Source: a virus
Lineage: Duplodnaviria > Caudoviricetes
Length of the DNA stretch: 64,000 nucleotides
Virus record (IMG/VR): IMGVR_UViG_3300021958_000036
Coordinates: 1-64,000 of that record
Reading direction: 5' to 3' (one strand)
Below, in pieces: positions 9,803 to 19,606 of the stretch. Made by a program: the position numbers and the translations under genes. The notes under the pieces are model-generated. The model was not told the DNA's origin and ran no database searches. It saw only the letters and a program-made list of their open reading frames with translations. Numbering within the stretch: position 1 is the first letter of the stretch; every line of letters begins with the position of its first letter.

Positions 9803-11197
9803 CTATTTACCGGTTATTTCTTTCCATTTAGATTTTAGCATATCTTTGGTTCCGCGATGGTTTGTTTCAACAACATCAACTGCTGACAAAGCATTGGGAT
9901 CATCAATAATACTGATTTTAGATTTAGCCGTGTCAATGCGGATTGGGAAGAGTAATCCGTCACGACCTGCACGATTTTTTGCAACAAAGAGTCTTCCTGC
10001 ACCGGTAGATTTTTCGAGTTGCTTGCGGGATAAAGATACCACAACATCTGCAATCATAGCCTTTCCATAAGCTTCAGACATGTTTTCTAAACCAACAACT
10101 TGTTTATCAGAGGCTTCACGATTAGCCTGTGATGCGGTCCAGATAGGTAACTTAAATTCCATTGCAAGATTTCTTAACTCCTCGTAAATTAATTTTAACT
10201 CATGTCGCAAAGAGTCGTAAGCTCTTGTTGACCGCATAATATCTGCATAATCTATCACAATTAGACTTGGAATAAAATCCTTCATCCTAAGTTTTTCAAG
10301 ATGATTTCTAATTGTAACAACAGATGCAGAACCTGTCGGGTATTCCTTAATTATTAAGCGACCAAATTCATTTTCCTCATATGTCTTCAAAACCTCTTCT
10401 TTTCTGTCATAAACATCTGAAGAAGGAATATCACATAGGTGACTGTCATATCTTACACCTACAGCTGTTTCAGTCAACTCAAAAGTGTAGTGCAAAACAT
10501 TTTTGCCTCTTTTTAAAGCCTCAGCACCCATACTAACCAAAAAGTGAGATTTACCAACACCAGTAGGGGCAATAACAATACCAATTTCACCACGTGCCAG
10601 ACCACCATTTAAAACGTCTTTTTGGTCTAATTGTTGAATACCTGTTGGACAGGTTATACGGGTAATTTTAGTAAATCGTGCTTCATAATCTTCAAAGAAA
10701 TCATGTCCAATCGTTGACTTAGCACCTTTTGAAACTGCATCTTTCATAATGCTTAAAACAGATTCATAGTTTTCAGCTGCAATTGCTTTTACAGATTCTT
10801 CAAGTGCTTGCTTTAAAACTTGCTTTTTACAGAAATCTAAAGTCTTGTCTCTTACATAGCCAATATCTCCGAGGTTAGGAGAAGATTTAATTCTTGTTAA
10901 GAACTCAATTACTTGCTCACGTAAGATTTCATCATCGCCAGTAGTTAGTTCGTCTCTGATAATCGAAACTAAAAGTTGTAGTGTTGGAAAGTTCTTGTAT
11001 TTTCCATAAAAACCAAAAAATCTATCACAAAGATATTGGAGGTATTTGACATCAAAATAAGAAGGTGTCATAACTTCAATCATTTGAGCTGCCCAATTAT
11101 GGTCAGTCATCATTGCTTGAAAGATTTTTTCTTGGAATTGCTTTCCATACTTTGAAAAGTGGGGTTCAGCCATGGCTGATTCTTTGTACATGTTCAT
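9803..11197 (-). CDS. Replicative DnaB-like helicase (T4 gp41-like)
   Basis: Walker A 'APTGVGKS', 'IVIDYADIM', 'WTASQANR', 'KNRAG'. Confidence 0.9.
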   Translation of the reverse strand: MNMYKESAMAEPHFSKYGKQFQEKIFQAMMTDHNWAAQMIEVMTPSYFDVKYLQYLCDRFFGFYGKYKNFPTLQLLVSIIRDELTTGDDEILREQVIEFLTRIKSSPNLGDIGYVRDKTLDFCKKQVLKQALEESVKAIAAENYESVLSIMKDAVSKGAKSTIGHDFFEDYEARFTKITRITCPTGIQQLDQKDVLNGGLARGEIGIVIAPTGVGKSHFLVSMGAEALKRGKNVLHYTFELTETAVGVRYDSHLCDIPSSDVYDRKEEVLKTYEENEFGRLIIKEYPTGSASVVTIRNHLEKLRMKDFIPSLIVIDYADIMRSTRAYDSLRHELKLIYEELRNLAMEFKLPIWTASQANREASDKQVVGLENMSEAYGKAMIADVVVSLSRKQLEKSTGAGRLFVAKNRAGRDGLLFPIRIDTAKSKISIIDDPNALSAVDVVETNHRGTKDMLKSKWKEITGK

Positions 11198-12154
11198 TTA
11201 TTTTCCTGATAAACGTTTGAAGACAAAATTAGACTGAATTAAGTCTATTTGGGTTATTGAATTTTGTTTCAATATTTTGTGTGCATTTATATTATTACAT
11301 GTTTTATTTGGGTTTTCAACTTTTTCATTAATTTTATTTACTTGTGTGTGTGACAAATTATTAACATCCAGGTGAACCAACTTCCAGTTTCTTCTAATTA
11401 GTTTTTCTGATGCAAGAACTGATTCAATCATTTTTAACTTTTTAGTCTTTTTCAATTCTCTCACATCATCAAAGAATTCATCAATTAAATAATCATCTTC
11501 AGAAGAAAACTTTGTAAATCTTTTTGACAGCTTTTTATAACCAACACCATCAACTCCAGGTATGTTATCTGACCGGTCACCAGATATAGATTTTGCCAAA
11601 CAAAAATTATTTGGATGCACCTGAAACTTTTCAAGGACAAAATCTGTCCGAACGAATTTTTTTAGTGTTGGACTCCATATAATCGTTAACGGATCAATTA
11701 GCTGATAAAAGTCATAATCAGAAGAAACAATTATTTTTGGCTCATCTCTTAGCTTGTATTTTGAAATGTAACCAATTGCATCATCTGCTTCAGCATCCTC
11801 AACATAGATTTGAGTTATGGGAAAACAATCCAAGATGTCAATAATTGTTTTTAATTGATAGTTTCTGTTTTTAACAGAGTCTGGTATTAAATCTGACTCA
11901 TAATATCGATTTAACTTTTGTGGTCTTCTGCTTGCTTTGTAATCGCTATACAAATCTCTTTTTCTTTTTGACCCACCACCTTCCCAAAAAACAATCACAC
12001 TTGACGGATTACATCTATCTACTAGTCTTGTTAGATTATTAATAAAACCTACAACACCGCCAATTTGCTCACCATTATCTGACATAGCAGGGTGAGCAAC
12101 ATAATGGCGTGTAAATAGATTTAATCCGTCAATTAAAAGATGACGTCTAGTCAT
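11198..12154 (-). CDS. 5'-3' exonuclease / flap endonuclease (T4 RNase H or PolI N-terminal-like)
   Basis: 'LLIDGLN', 'YKASR', 'EADDAIG', 'SSDYDFYQL', 'GDRSDNIPGVDGVG'. Confidence 0.9.
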   Translation of the reverse strand: MTRRHLLIDGLNLFTRHYVAHPAMSDNGEQIGGVVGFINNLTRLVDRCNPSSVIVFWEGGGSKRKRDLYSDYKASRRPQKLNRYYESDLIPDSVKNRNYQLKTIIDILDCFPITQIYVEDAEADDAIGYISKYKLRDEPKIIVSSDYDFYQLIDPLTIIWSPTLKKFVRTDFVLEKFQVHPNNFCLAKSISGDRSDNIPGVDGVGYKKLSKRFTKFSSEDDYLIDEFFDDVRELKKTKKLKMIESVLASEKLIRRNWKLVHLDVNNLSHTQVNKINEKVENPNKTCNNINAHKILKQNSITQIDLIQSNFVFKRLSGK

Positions 12155-13316
12155 CTAAACCCAACTCATCTGCAAGTGCTCTCATTTCTTCATATGACTC
12201 AGGATTAATATCCACAGATTCAGAATCTCCCATTACTTTAGTCATTGCAGCATCTAAAAGCAAGTCAATGTAATTAGAATATTCTGGGCTTCTCATAATA
12301 TCTCCAAACTCTGCTTTTCTAAATTTCTTTTCAACAATAAGTTCTCCAGTCTCTCTATCAACAACAGTTAATTCTTTCCATCCTCCAGTCCCAGAAACTG
12401 TTATAATATATTGCTCTGTAACAGCTTCGCCATGTTTTCTTAAGATATCAAAGACTTGTTCGTGCTCAACAATACCTTTTCCAAAATGGATTTCAAAATC
12501 AACTTTTCTAAAGGGTGGCGCTACTTTATTTTTTACTGTTTTTGCCCATACATTAATACCAACTACATCATCACCATCTTTGATAGGTTGACCAGCACCA
12601 AGTTTAATACGAATAGAACTATGAAAAGGAATAGCCTTACCACCAGGTGTAGTATCAGGGTCTCCATACATCACACCAATCTTTGTTCGAATCTGATTTA
12701 AAATAACAAATAATGAATTTGTCTGTCCAATCAAACCCGTAATCTTTCTCATTCCCTTTGAAATAGCACGGGCTTGAAGACCAATTGATTCCTTATCGTA
12801 GTCACCCAACAACTCAGCTTTTGGAGATGATGCCGCAACACTATCCCAGATAATCGTAATTGGTACATCCTTATCAAGTGCTTTAGCTTTTAATATTGTT
12901 TTTTCTGCAATGTCTAAAACCTCTTCAGTACAGTGTGTGTCAACGTAAACGAAGCGTTTTGAAACATCTACTCCTAGATTTCCTAGGTTCTCAACTGAGG
13001 TAGCATTTTCAGTGTCAATATAAACAACAATCCCTCCCATTTCTTGGGTGCTTCGTGCAATCTGTGTAGCAATATGTGATTTACCAATCGAGGGAGGTCC
13101 GAACATTTCTACAATTCTTCCCTCTGGAAAACCACCACCTTTTTTATTAGCACAAATGTAATCTAATAATTTACTTCCAGTGCTAACCCATCGTTTGACA
13201 TGAGTAGGACTTTCATCTTCTGCTAAATTATATGCTACACGTGAACCGTGGTCTTTGTTGAGTGACTTAATCAAGTCTTTTGTAAAATCGTCATCTTTAA
13301 TAACTTTTCTTGGCAT
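12147..13316 (-). CDS. recA: RecA/UvsX recombinase
   Basis: 'GRIVEMFGPPSIGKS', 'YIDTE', 'WDSVAA', 'LNQIRTKIGVMYGDPDTTPGGKA', 'KNKVAPPF'. Confidence 0.92.
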   Translation of the reverse strand: MPRKVIKDDDFTKDLIKSLNKDHGSRVAYNLAEDESPTHVKRWVSTGSKLLDYICANKKGGGFPEGRIVEMFGPPSIGKSHIATQIARSTQEMGGIVVYIDTENATSVENLGNLGVDVSKRFVYVDTHCTEEVLDIAEKTILKAKALDKDVPITIIWDSVAASSPKAELLGDYDKESIGLQARAISKGMRKITGLIGQTNSLFVILNQIRTKIGVMYGDPDTTPGGKAIPFHSSIRIKLGAGQPIKDGDDVVGINVWAKTVKNKVAPPFRKVDFEIHFGKGIVEHEQVFDILRKHGEAVTEQYIITVSGTGGWKELTVVDRETGELIVEKKFRKAEFGDIMRSPEYSNYIDLLLDAAMTKVMGDSESVDINPESYEEMRALADELGLDD

Positions 13317-13342
13317 GCAAACTCCTTTTTATGTTCTTAAGG

Positions 13343-13378
13343 ATTATACAAAAAAAAGGGAGCTTTTTCAAGCTCCCC
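13343..13378 (-). terminator. ssb terminator overlapping a sigma70-like recA promoter
   Basis: Hairpin GGGAGCTT-GAAA-AAGCTCCC plus T8; the same bases give TTGAAA-N17-TATAAT (13371-13343). Confidence 0.75.
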
Positions 13379-13404
13379 TAAAACTTTGTTTTTATTTTAA
13401 GTTT

Positions 13405-14187
13405 TTAGTCCATCAAATCTGCAAAAGCGTCATCTAGACTGTCATAAGATTTTTCATCTGATGACTTAGAAGAATTACTTGACGTTGTAGTTGAGGTTTT
13501 TGATGTTCCCCACTCTTTGTCATCTTCTTCATCATCCCCAGCTAACCAGTCGTTTACAATTTTGCTTAACTCATCGTAAGTTTTGCAAGTGTAAATCTTA
13601 TTAAGGTCTGGGATGTTTGTTAACCATTCCTTAGCTTGACTTTTATCATTTGACAGTTTAGTTGATTTACCACGTGGTAGAACTTCTGTGGTTGCCCACT
13701 GTTGTCCAGGATTCTTAGTGCTAACAACTTTAATATCACGTCCTTCAAGTGGATCAGTAATATCGCCGTAATCTTCATCCAGCATCATGCCAAGCAGCTT
13801 TTGATATACCAGTTTACCAAAACCCCAAATTTGCACACCTTTGTCTTCTTCACCGCGAACAATCACAGCTGCATAGCATCGCATCTTTGGATAAAGCTTT
13901 TTAGCCATCTCGTAAGATTCCTTTGTTCCTTCATCACGAAGCTTGTTAATCAACTCTTGAATTGGGTCTTTTTGTCCAAACTGAGCTGGTGCAAGTAGAC
14001 CGCGCTGACCAGGGATGTTGTAGTAAAATTGCAGTTCCTTAAAAGGTTGCCCATCATTGTCAGGAAAAGAAAGTAGACGAACAGTATGTTCTTCACCCTC
14101 TGTTGGTTTCCACATAACATTAGTTGATTTTACGTTTCCGCTTAGTCGTTCAAGTTTACGCTTAATAGCATCAAAATCGATAGCCAT
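13405..14187 (-). CDS. Single-stranded DNA-binding protein (T4 gp32-like)
   Basis: 'WKPTEGEEHTVRLL', 'GVQIWGFGK', 'DYGDITDPLEGRDI', acidic tail 'LDDAFADLMD'; adjacent to recA. Confidence 0.8.
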   Translation of the reverse strand: MAIDFDAIKRKLERLSGNVKSTNVMWKPTEGEEHTVRLLSFPDNDGQPFKELQFYYNIPGQRGLLAPAQFGQKDPIQELINKLRDEGTKESYEMAKKLYPKMRCYAAVIVRGEEDKGVQIWGFGKLVYQKLLGMMLDEDYGDITDPLEGRDIKVVSTKNPGQQWATTEVLPRGKSTKLSNDKSQAKEWLTNIPDLNKIYTCKTYDELSKIVNDWLAGDDEEDDKEWGTSKTSTTTSSNSSKSSDEKSYDSLDDAFADLMD

Positions 14188-14201
14188 ATATTTTTACTCC
14201 T

Positions 14202-14243
14202 GTTTAATGTTTAATTTGCAATTTTTAATGTTTAATGTTTAAT
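14202..14243 (-). repeat. Six tandem 7-nt units (ATTAAAC consensus) forming the ssb 5' UTR
   Basis: Minus strand ATTAAAC ATTAAAC ATTAAAA ATTGCAA ATTAAAC ATTAAAC directly followed by the SD AGGAG. Confidence 0.9.
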
Positions 14244-14252
14244 TGCTATAGC

Positions 14253-14281
14253 ATTATAACATAAGGGTAGAAATATTACAA
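14253..14281 (-). promoter_or_regulatory. Sigma70-like promoter for ssb
   Basis: TTGTAA-N17-TATAAT with an extended -10 (TGT). Confidence 0.7.
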
Positions 14282-14298
14282 GTTTGACAAAACTTTTT

Positions 14299-14802
14299 TT
14301 ATTTTTTATATGGGTAATATTTTGATTTATCACCGCCGTAAGTGGTTTTAAAGAAATCACGCTTCTGCTTTAACTTCTTGCGTGTTGTAAATGAACCATC
14401 TGCTTCTCTTCCCAGTGGAACTGCAACACCACCAGCTGCTCCTGCACCACTAAACTCATCAATTTTATCTTCATCTTCTTCTTCGATATCTTCATCAACA
14501 AGTTTTTCCATTGTTTCCAATATCTTAAACATCCCGTCTTTAAAAACACGTAATTCACAAATCTTTGCATTTGCTTCATACGGATCTTCTTCGTTTAATT
14601 CTTCGAATTGATATCCTGATTCTTCAAAATAATCAACAGGAAAACCAGCAGACATTTTAGAATTATAAGTAGAAGCAGCTGAGTCTCTTGGTGAACCATT
14701 ATACCCGTGCTGTATTGATTTTCTTTGCTTTACATAAGCTGAATCATAGGGTGAGTCACCTACACCCAGTCTTATTTCTCTTATTAAATCTTTAAACTTC
14801 AT
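14299..14802 (-). CDS. Hypothetical acidic protein with LIRE leader (possible head-internal protein)
   Basis: 167 aa; starts MKFKDLIRE; ATATTTA motif just upstream. Confidence 0.55.
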   Translation of the reverse strand: MKFKDLIREIRLGVGDSPYDSAYVKQRKSIQHGYNGSPRDSAASTYNSKMSAGFPVDYFEESGYQFEELNEEDPYEANAKICELRVFKDGMFKILETMEKLVDEDIEEEDEDKIDEFSGAGAAGGVAVPLGREADGSFTTRKKLKQKRDFFKTTYGGDKSKYYPYKK

Positions 14803-14821
14803 AACGATATTAAATATCGTT

Positions 14822-15859
14822 CTAAATCTCTTTTATCTCAACGGGAATCTGTATTCCTTCTATCCCAAGTTTTGCTATTTTCTTTATTTCTTCTACATGT
14901 TCTTTTTCACAAGAAAACAAGAGCGCATCATGAATAACAGCATGGCCCTTGATTTGTTTGTTATCATTTAAAAAATTAAGAAAAGAAAGACAACAAAAAT
15001 CAACAGCAGAAGACTGAATATAATAATTGACAACATTTGAATCGCTAAAAATCGGCCTTCCAAAGTAATTCTCAATAAAACCCTTTTCTTGGAATTCAGA
15101 ATTCAATTTTTCTGTTAACTCATTAAAAGATAAGTAATCTTTCAAAGCTTCAATCTCGCCGCTAGATAGGCCAGAAAGCTTTTTTATTGTTGAACTAGAA
15201 GCACCATATAGGCAAGATATCACAGCCTGCTTAAACTTGGTTCTGCTTATGTTAGGATTAATCTCCAAGACGTCTTTGACATGTTGATAAACGTCTTTTA
15301 CATCTTCATCAATTAATCCCATCGTCATTAAATAAAAGTAGGGTTCACATGACTTGAAATCTACCTCTAACAAAACATTGTCAAAGTTAGGCTTTAAAAA
15401 CTTCCTATCAGTTTTTTTCATTGTCAGATAGTTTATGCCTTCTTTTATTGATAAACGACCTGTGATGCTATCATGCTTGTATTTTGGAACATCTTGCCAC
15501 TCACCTTCAAAGAAAAGATTATCTAATCTTTTAAACAATTGTAATCTTTTCGGGAATGTCTCAAAGAAATATCTTGTGATAAATGAATTATTATTGTCTG
15601 ATAACTCACTCCTTAGATAGTCAAGATATGACTTTTTTTGTTTTCTTGTTAAAAAGTGTTCCCAATTAACTTCTTTTGCATTTAAAGGTTCTAAAACTTT
15701 TGAATAGTATGATGATAGACTTTTTATCGTGTCTTTTCTGCATATGCTTCTAATCTTATTTAGAGAGTTAATGTTTATTTTTATTTCTGCAGAATTATTG
15801 ACAATAATATTTCTTCCAACAAAGTTATACTCTGGAGTTATTTCATAATTTAGTTTCAA
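14822..15859 (-). CDS. Minimal family A DNA polymerase (polymerase domain only)
   Basis: 'TGRLS', motif A 'VDFKSCEP', motif B 'RTKFKQAVISCLYG', 'ENYFGR', 'NYYIQSSA', motif C 'IHDA'; 345 aa with no exonuclease domains. Confidence 0.75.
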   Translation of the reverse strand: MKLNYEITPEYNFVGRNIIVNNSAEIKININSLNKIRSICRKDTIKSLSSYYSKVLEPLNAKEVNWEHFLTRKQKKSYLDYLRSELSDNNNSFITRYFFETFPKRLQLFKRLDNLFFEGEWQDVPKYKHDSITGRLSIKEGINYLTMKKTDRKFLKPNFDNVLLEVDFKSCEPYFYLMTMGLIDEDVKDVYQHVKDVLEINPNISRTKFKQAVISCLYGASSSTIKKLSGLSSGEIEALKDYLSFNELTEKLNSEFQEKGFIENYFGRPIFSDSNVVNYYIQSSAVDFCCLSFLNFLNDNKQIKGHAVIHDALLFSCEKEHVEEIKKIAKLGIEGIQIPVEIKEI

Positions 15860-15885
15860 AGCAACACCTTTTTTATTTTAAAATA

Positions 15886-18800
15886 CTACTCTGCGACTAA
15901 TTTTTCAATAGCTTTTGAAATATCTCCTCTTAAGTTTTTAACCATACCTTGATTTTGAAGCTTTAAATCGCAGCTTGTTGTGAAAGAGCCAGGAGATATT
16001 GTGTGTGTAACGCTGTTCACCATGTATACATTATCCAGGTCTGTGTTTGTGCCTAGATCGACATATATTTGATTACCCATTGCTATAAAAGGTATGCCTA
16101 ACATTTCAACCTTTAAATTTGCAGGAAACACTGTTACTTCTGAGTCTGAAGCATTTCCCCTTTCTCCCTTGGTTGTTCTCCCTTCTCTTCTTGCAACCTC
16201 AGCATCAATAGCAAAAGCTTGCGCAATACTGTCTCCAGTCGTACTATTTACAGATAAACTTCTAATAACACTATTATAAGCTCCATACGTTATGCTTGGA
16301 AACTGTCTTTTTACATAAGCTTTTAAATCTTGTGCAGAAAGGTTTGCAACAGATATTCTTGATGAAGAAGATTCACCAGGAATGTTTGTTTTTAAATCTT
16401 TCTCTAAGCTAACCCCGTTACCTTTACCATCAACAACAGATTCACCAGCAGTCTTAACACCTAAATTGTCAATCATATCTGAAACTAGTTGCGCTTTTGC
16501 GCTTGTTGTTACGTTTGTATCAAAAACATGAATCCTTAGTATTTTTGAAGAATCATAATAACCAGATCCGGATCCACTTAAATCTTCACCATTTAAAAAG
16601 TTAGATATCTTTCCTAGTGTGTTTTGTTCATTTCCACCACTTTTTAATATTGGATTTGGATTGATGGCTGGCAGAGTCTCAAATTTAGCAGTTATAAAAG
16701 GTTTAACAACAGAGTTGACATCAACCTTAGGTAATCCATCGTTGGTATATAGTTTAGAAATTGTATCTGCACGATTTTCTTGTATTACCTTATTATAATA
16801 TCTTTGTGCAATTGCATCTTTTTGACTGTCATCTAGATTTTTTTCTTCTAAAGTTTCTCCAAGCTCACCATTATAATCATCTAATGCAGTTTGAAAATCT
16901 GAACTAATCTTATCTAGTAAGGCTTTTCTGGTTAAATCATCTGATATTACAGCAGATTGTGTAACTAAATTAGAACTTTCGCCCTCATCAAACCCTATGA
17001 CATCTTCGCCATAATAAAGAGAATTATCAGATAAAACCAAATCAGCAAAAAAGTCTACAATTGAACTTGCAGTAAAATTAGCATTAAAAGTATTTTCATC
17101 AATATTTCTTAATTTTTCAAAAGCGTTAGCAACAAGAGCTTTTGAGAGAGGTAGACTGGCTGTTGTATGAATTCTTGCTCCTCCCGCTTTATTGTTAATT
17201 GGATAAAAAATCATTTGAACTTCTGAAAACTGTCCCGTTGATAACATTGGTGCGCCAACAAAGCTACACATAAGCGAACCCAATGATATTCTTTCTGACC
17301 CTGCTTCTTGATCTTTTAAGGATTCAATGTTTCTCACATGACTTACAGGAAAATCAGGACTTTGAGAAAGTCCCTGATCTTCTCTTTTCTTAATGTCACT
17401 CTCTCTTCTTTCAGCACGAGGTGTTCTAAAATAATCAGGAACTTCTTCTAAGATTAGATTTGCCAATTTTTCTTGAATCTCATTAAAATTATTCCTAGAA
17501 ACTGAAGTGTTATTAAAACGAGAAAGAAGCTTTTTCAATCCTTCTTTTGGTATTGAACTTATTGTACCTTGTGTACTTGGAATCAAAGCACTCTGATTAA
17601 TTTCATCATCATCAATACCAAACATGTTGAAAACTTTTTTAACAATATCAGAAGATGTAGCAGTACCGCTTCGTGTCAGACTTAAAAACTCTCTTAATTG
17701 AATAGCATCAACAGCTGCATAACCAGAACTAGCACTGCTTCTTAACACGCGCAAGGGTTGATGTATTTTTGGAATATCTATTTCAACACTTTCATTTTCA
17801 AAGGACTCTTTTGATTTCTTTATAACATCATCAATTGCTGAAACAATTTGATTACTAACTAGAGAAAGAGGAGCTAGTCTTCCGCAGCTAGCAGGAACTA
17901 CATTCTTTTCAACATAACCAAATGCTGATAGTTTTAAATTTATTGTTGCTCCAGACCCATCAAGAGATACATCACTTGTATTTAGTGTGTAATACTGGAC
18001 ATCTCTCATTGAATTTAAAAACACGCCTATTTCATTCTGAGTACCATCTGATTGATTAAAAACTGAAGAATCAGGATGACTCCACCCGAACTCAATCTTT
18101 ACTGTTGTCTGAACCAGCTGATTAACGCTAATTAAGGGAGCTACTTCTCGCATTCTACTTCTATCATGTAAAAATAAAGTCATGTTTGCTCTTCTAGATG
18201 TAGTTACTCCATAACCCCCACTTGTTGTTGATATATCTAAACTTCTAAGGGAAAGCATGGGTGCAAATGGTTCTAACACCCTTCCTTTTTTTACTTTTTC
18301 TGGGTTGCCACTGTCAGAAAAAAGACCAGAAACTTCACTGTTAATATCAGCGTTGTTCATTGTTTGTGGTGAAGTAAATATATTCATAAATGTTGCTTGA
18401 GCGTTTAATTCATTATCAAGCCTAGCATTTATTTCTCTTAAATTATTGAAAACATTGTCATCAAGCTCTAAGCCCTCACTCCCTTCGCTAAGATCAAATC
18501 TAAAATAAGCAGATTGATTTAAAAAGTCATCAGGCCCTCTAGAGAAGTTTTTCTCATAAAAAGTCAAACTCATGTACGGGACACACTTAGACATTTCAAT
18601 GGGAGGAATAGCATTAAAAAAAACAGAAAGAAAGTGAGCATTTTTTGACTGCACGCTCAAAGAAGGATCTTTAACAACAATTGCACTCAATGTAGGTGTT
18701 TCTAAGCTTGGTTGTTTTGGATTTTCATTACAAACATTTGCAGGTAAGACAGTAGCTCCAGAAATAACACTGTTGTCAGAGTCAGCGCTTGCAGGATTTG

Positions 18801-19296
18801 CGGTAAAAACAGGAGTTAAGCTAGTCATTTTTCTCATTGAGGCAGGTGAATAGTCACCTACAGAATTGATATTTGGAAACTCGTCTGAGTTGCTTATAAG
18901 AACTGGGCCTATTTCAGTTCTATATTGATTACCTAAATCCTCATATAAGAAAACAACATAATCTTGAATCTCGTCTTTTACCTTAGCTATGTTTCCACTA
19001 ACTCCTGAAAATGTATGTTCATTTCTTAACAAATCTACAACATAAAAAGCGCCAAAAGAAGAATCGATAATTCTGCTGAGAATATCTAGTTTTAAATTAT
19101 AAATAGTTTGATCTTCATCATTAAAGTTTTGTCGCCCTTCAGTTTGTTCTTTAACAATATCCAGTTCAGGATTAAAAATTGCAAGAGAATTAGCTGCACC
19201 TGTTCCTGTAATAAAACCAGAAAAGGTTCTTGCTATCTCAGTTAAAAAATGCATCCTAATATTTGGATCATTAATATCGTATCTGACAATTGTCAC
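15886..19296 (-). CDS. Baseplate hub / tail protein
   Basis: 1136 aa; 'IEFGWSHPD' and C-terminal 'MLGIPFI...DNVYMVNSVTHTISPGSFTT' resemble gp27/GpD-like hub proteins; follows the LysM gene. Confidence 0.55.
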   Translation of the reverse strand: MTIVRYDINDPNIRMHFLTEIARTFSGFITGTGAANSLAIFNPELDIVKEQTEGRQNFNDEDQTIYNLKLDILSRIIDSSFGAFYVVDLLRNEHTFSGVSGNIAKVKDEIQDYVVFLYEDLGNQYRTEIGPVLISNSDEFPNINSVGDYSPASMRKMTSLTPVFTANPASADSDNSVISGATVLPANVCNENPKQPSLETPTLSAIVVKDPSLSVQSKNAHFLSVFFNAIPPIEMSKCVPYMSLTFYEKNFSRGPDDFLNQSAYFRFDLSEGSEGLELDDNVFNNLREINARLDNELNAQATFMNIFTSPQTMNNADINSEVSGLFSDSGNPEKVKKGRVLEPFAPMLSLRSLDISTTSGGYGVTTSRRANMTLFLHDRSRMREVAPLISVNQLVQTTVKIEFGWSHPDSSVFNQSDGTQNEIGVFLNSMRDVQYYTLNTSDVSLDGSGATINLKLSAFGYVEKNVVPASCGRLAPLSLVSNQIVSAIDDVIKKSKESFENESVEIDIPKIHQPLRVLRSSASSGYAAVDAIQLREFLSLTRSGTATSSDIVKKVFNMFGIDDDEINQSALIPSTQGTISSIPKEGLKKLLSRFNNTSVSRNNFNEIQEKLANLILEEVPDYFRTPRAERRESDIKKREDQGLSQSPDFPVSHVRNIESLKDQEAGSERISLGSLMCSFVGAPMLSTGQFSEVQMIFYPINNKAGGARIHTTASLPLSKALVANAFEKLRNIDENTFNANFTASSIVDFFADLVLSDNSLYYGEDVIGFDEGESSNLVTQSAVISDDLTRKALLDKISSDFQTALDDYNGELGETLEEKNLDDSQKDAIAQRYYNKVIQENRADTISKLYTNDGLPKVDVNSVVKPFITAKFETLPAINPNPILKSGGNEQNTLGKISNFLNGEDLSGSGSGYYDSSKILRIHVFDTNVTTSAKAQLVSDMIDNLGVKTAGESVVDGKGNGVSLEKDLKTNIPGESSSSRISVANLSAQDLKAYVKRQFPSITYGAYNSVIRSLSVNSTTGDSIAQAFAIDAEVARREGRTTKGERGNASDSEVTVFPANLKVEMLGIPFIAMGNQIYVDLGTNTDLDNVYMVNSVTHTISPGSFTTSCDLKLQNQGMVKNLRGDISKAIEKLVAE

Positions 19297-19301
19297 TTAA
19301 T

Positions 19302-19604
19302 TTACCTCATTAAGACTAATACATCACCCATATTGATTGGAATTCTTAAAAAAGCACCGGGCGGAACTTGTAAAGACCAACCAATGCCAGAAGCTGCAGC
19401 AATTACCCACCAATAACTTGAATCTCCATAGACTGAATATGCTAAAGTATCAAGCCTTTCACCTTCCTCAAGAATATGAGTATTACATCTTATTGTGCCA
19501 GACTCAACAGCTCTAAAAACTCTTGAAGAAAAAAGATTTGTTTTTATTGCTGGAACACCATCAATATTTACCTGACCAGCAAACGCATATCTAGAAACTG
19601 ACAT
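19302..19604 (-). CDS. LysM-type baseplate protein (gp53 / tail-X-like)
   Basis: 'EGERLDTLAYSVYGDSSYWWVIAAASGI...VPPG..LRIP'. Confidence 0.8.
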   Translation of the reverse strand: MSVSRYAFAGQVNIDGVPAIKTNLFSSRVFRAVESGTIRCNTHILEEGERLDTLAYSVYGDSSYWWVIAAASGIGWSLQVPPGAFLRIPINMGDVLVLMR

Positions 19605-19606
19605 TT

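Noticed and set aside
14803-14821. Inverted repeat ACGATATT-A-AATATCGT upstream of the 14299 ORF
   Set aside because: AT-rich, single occurrence and coincident with the ATATTTA motif; not enough support for a separate element.
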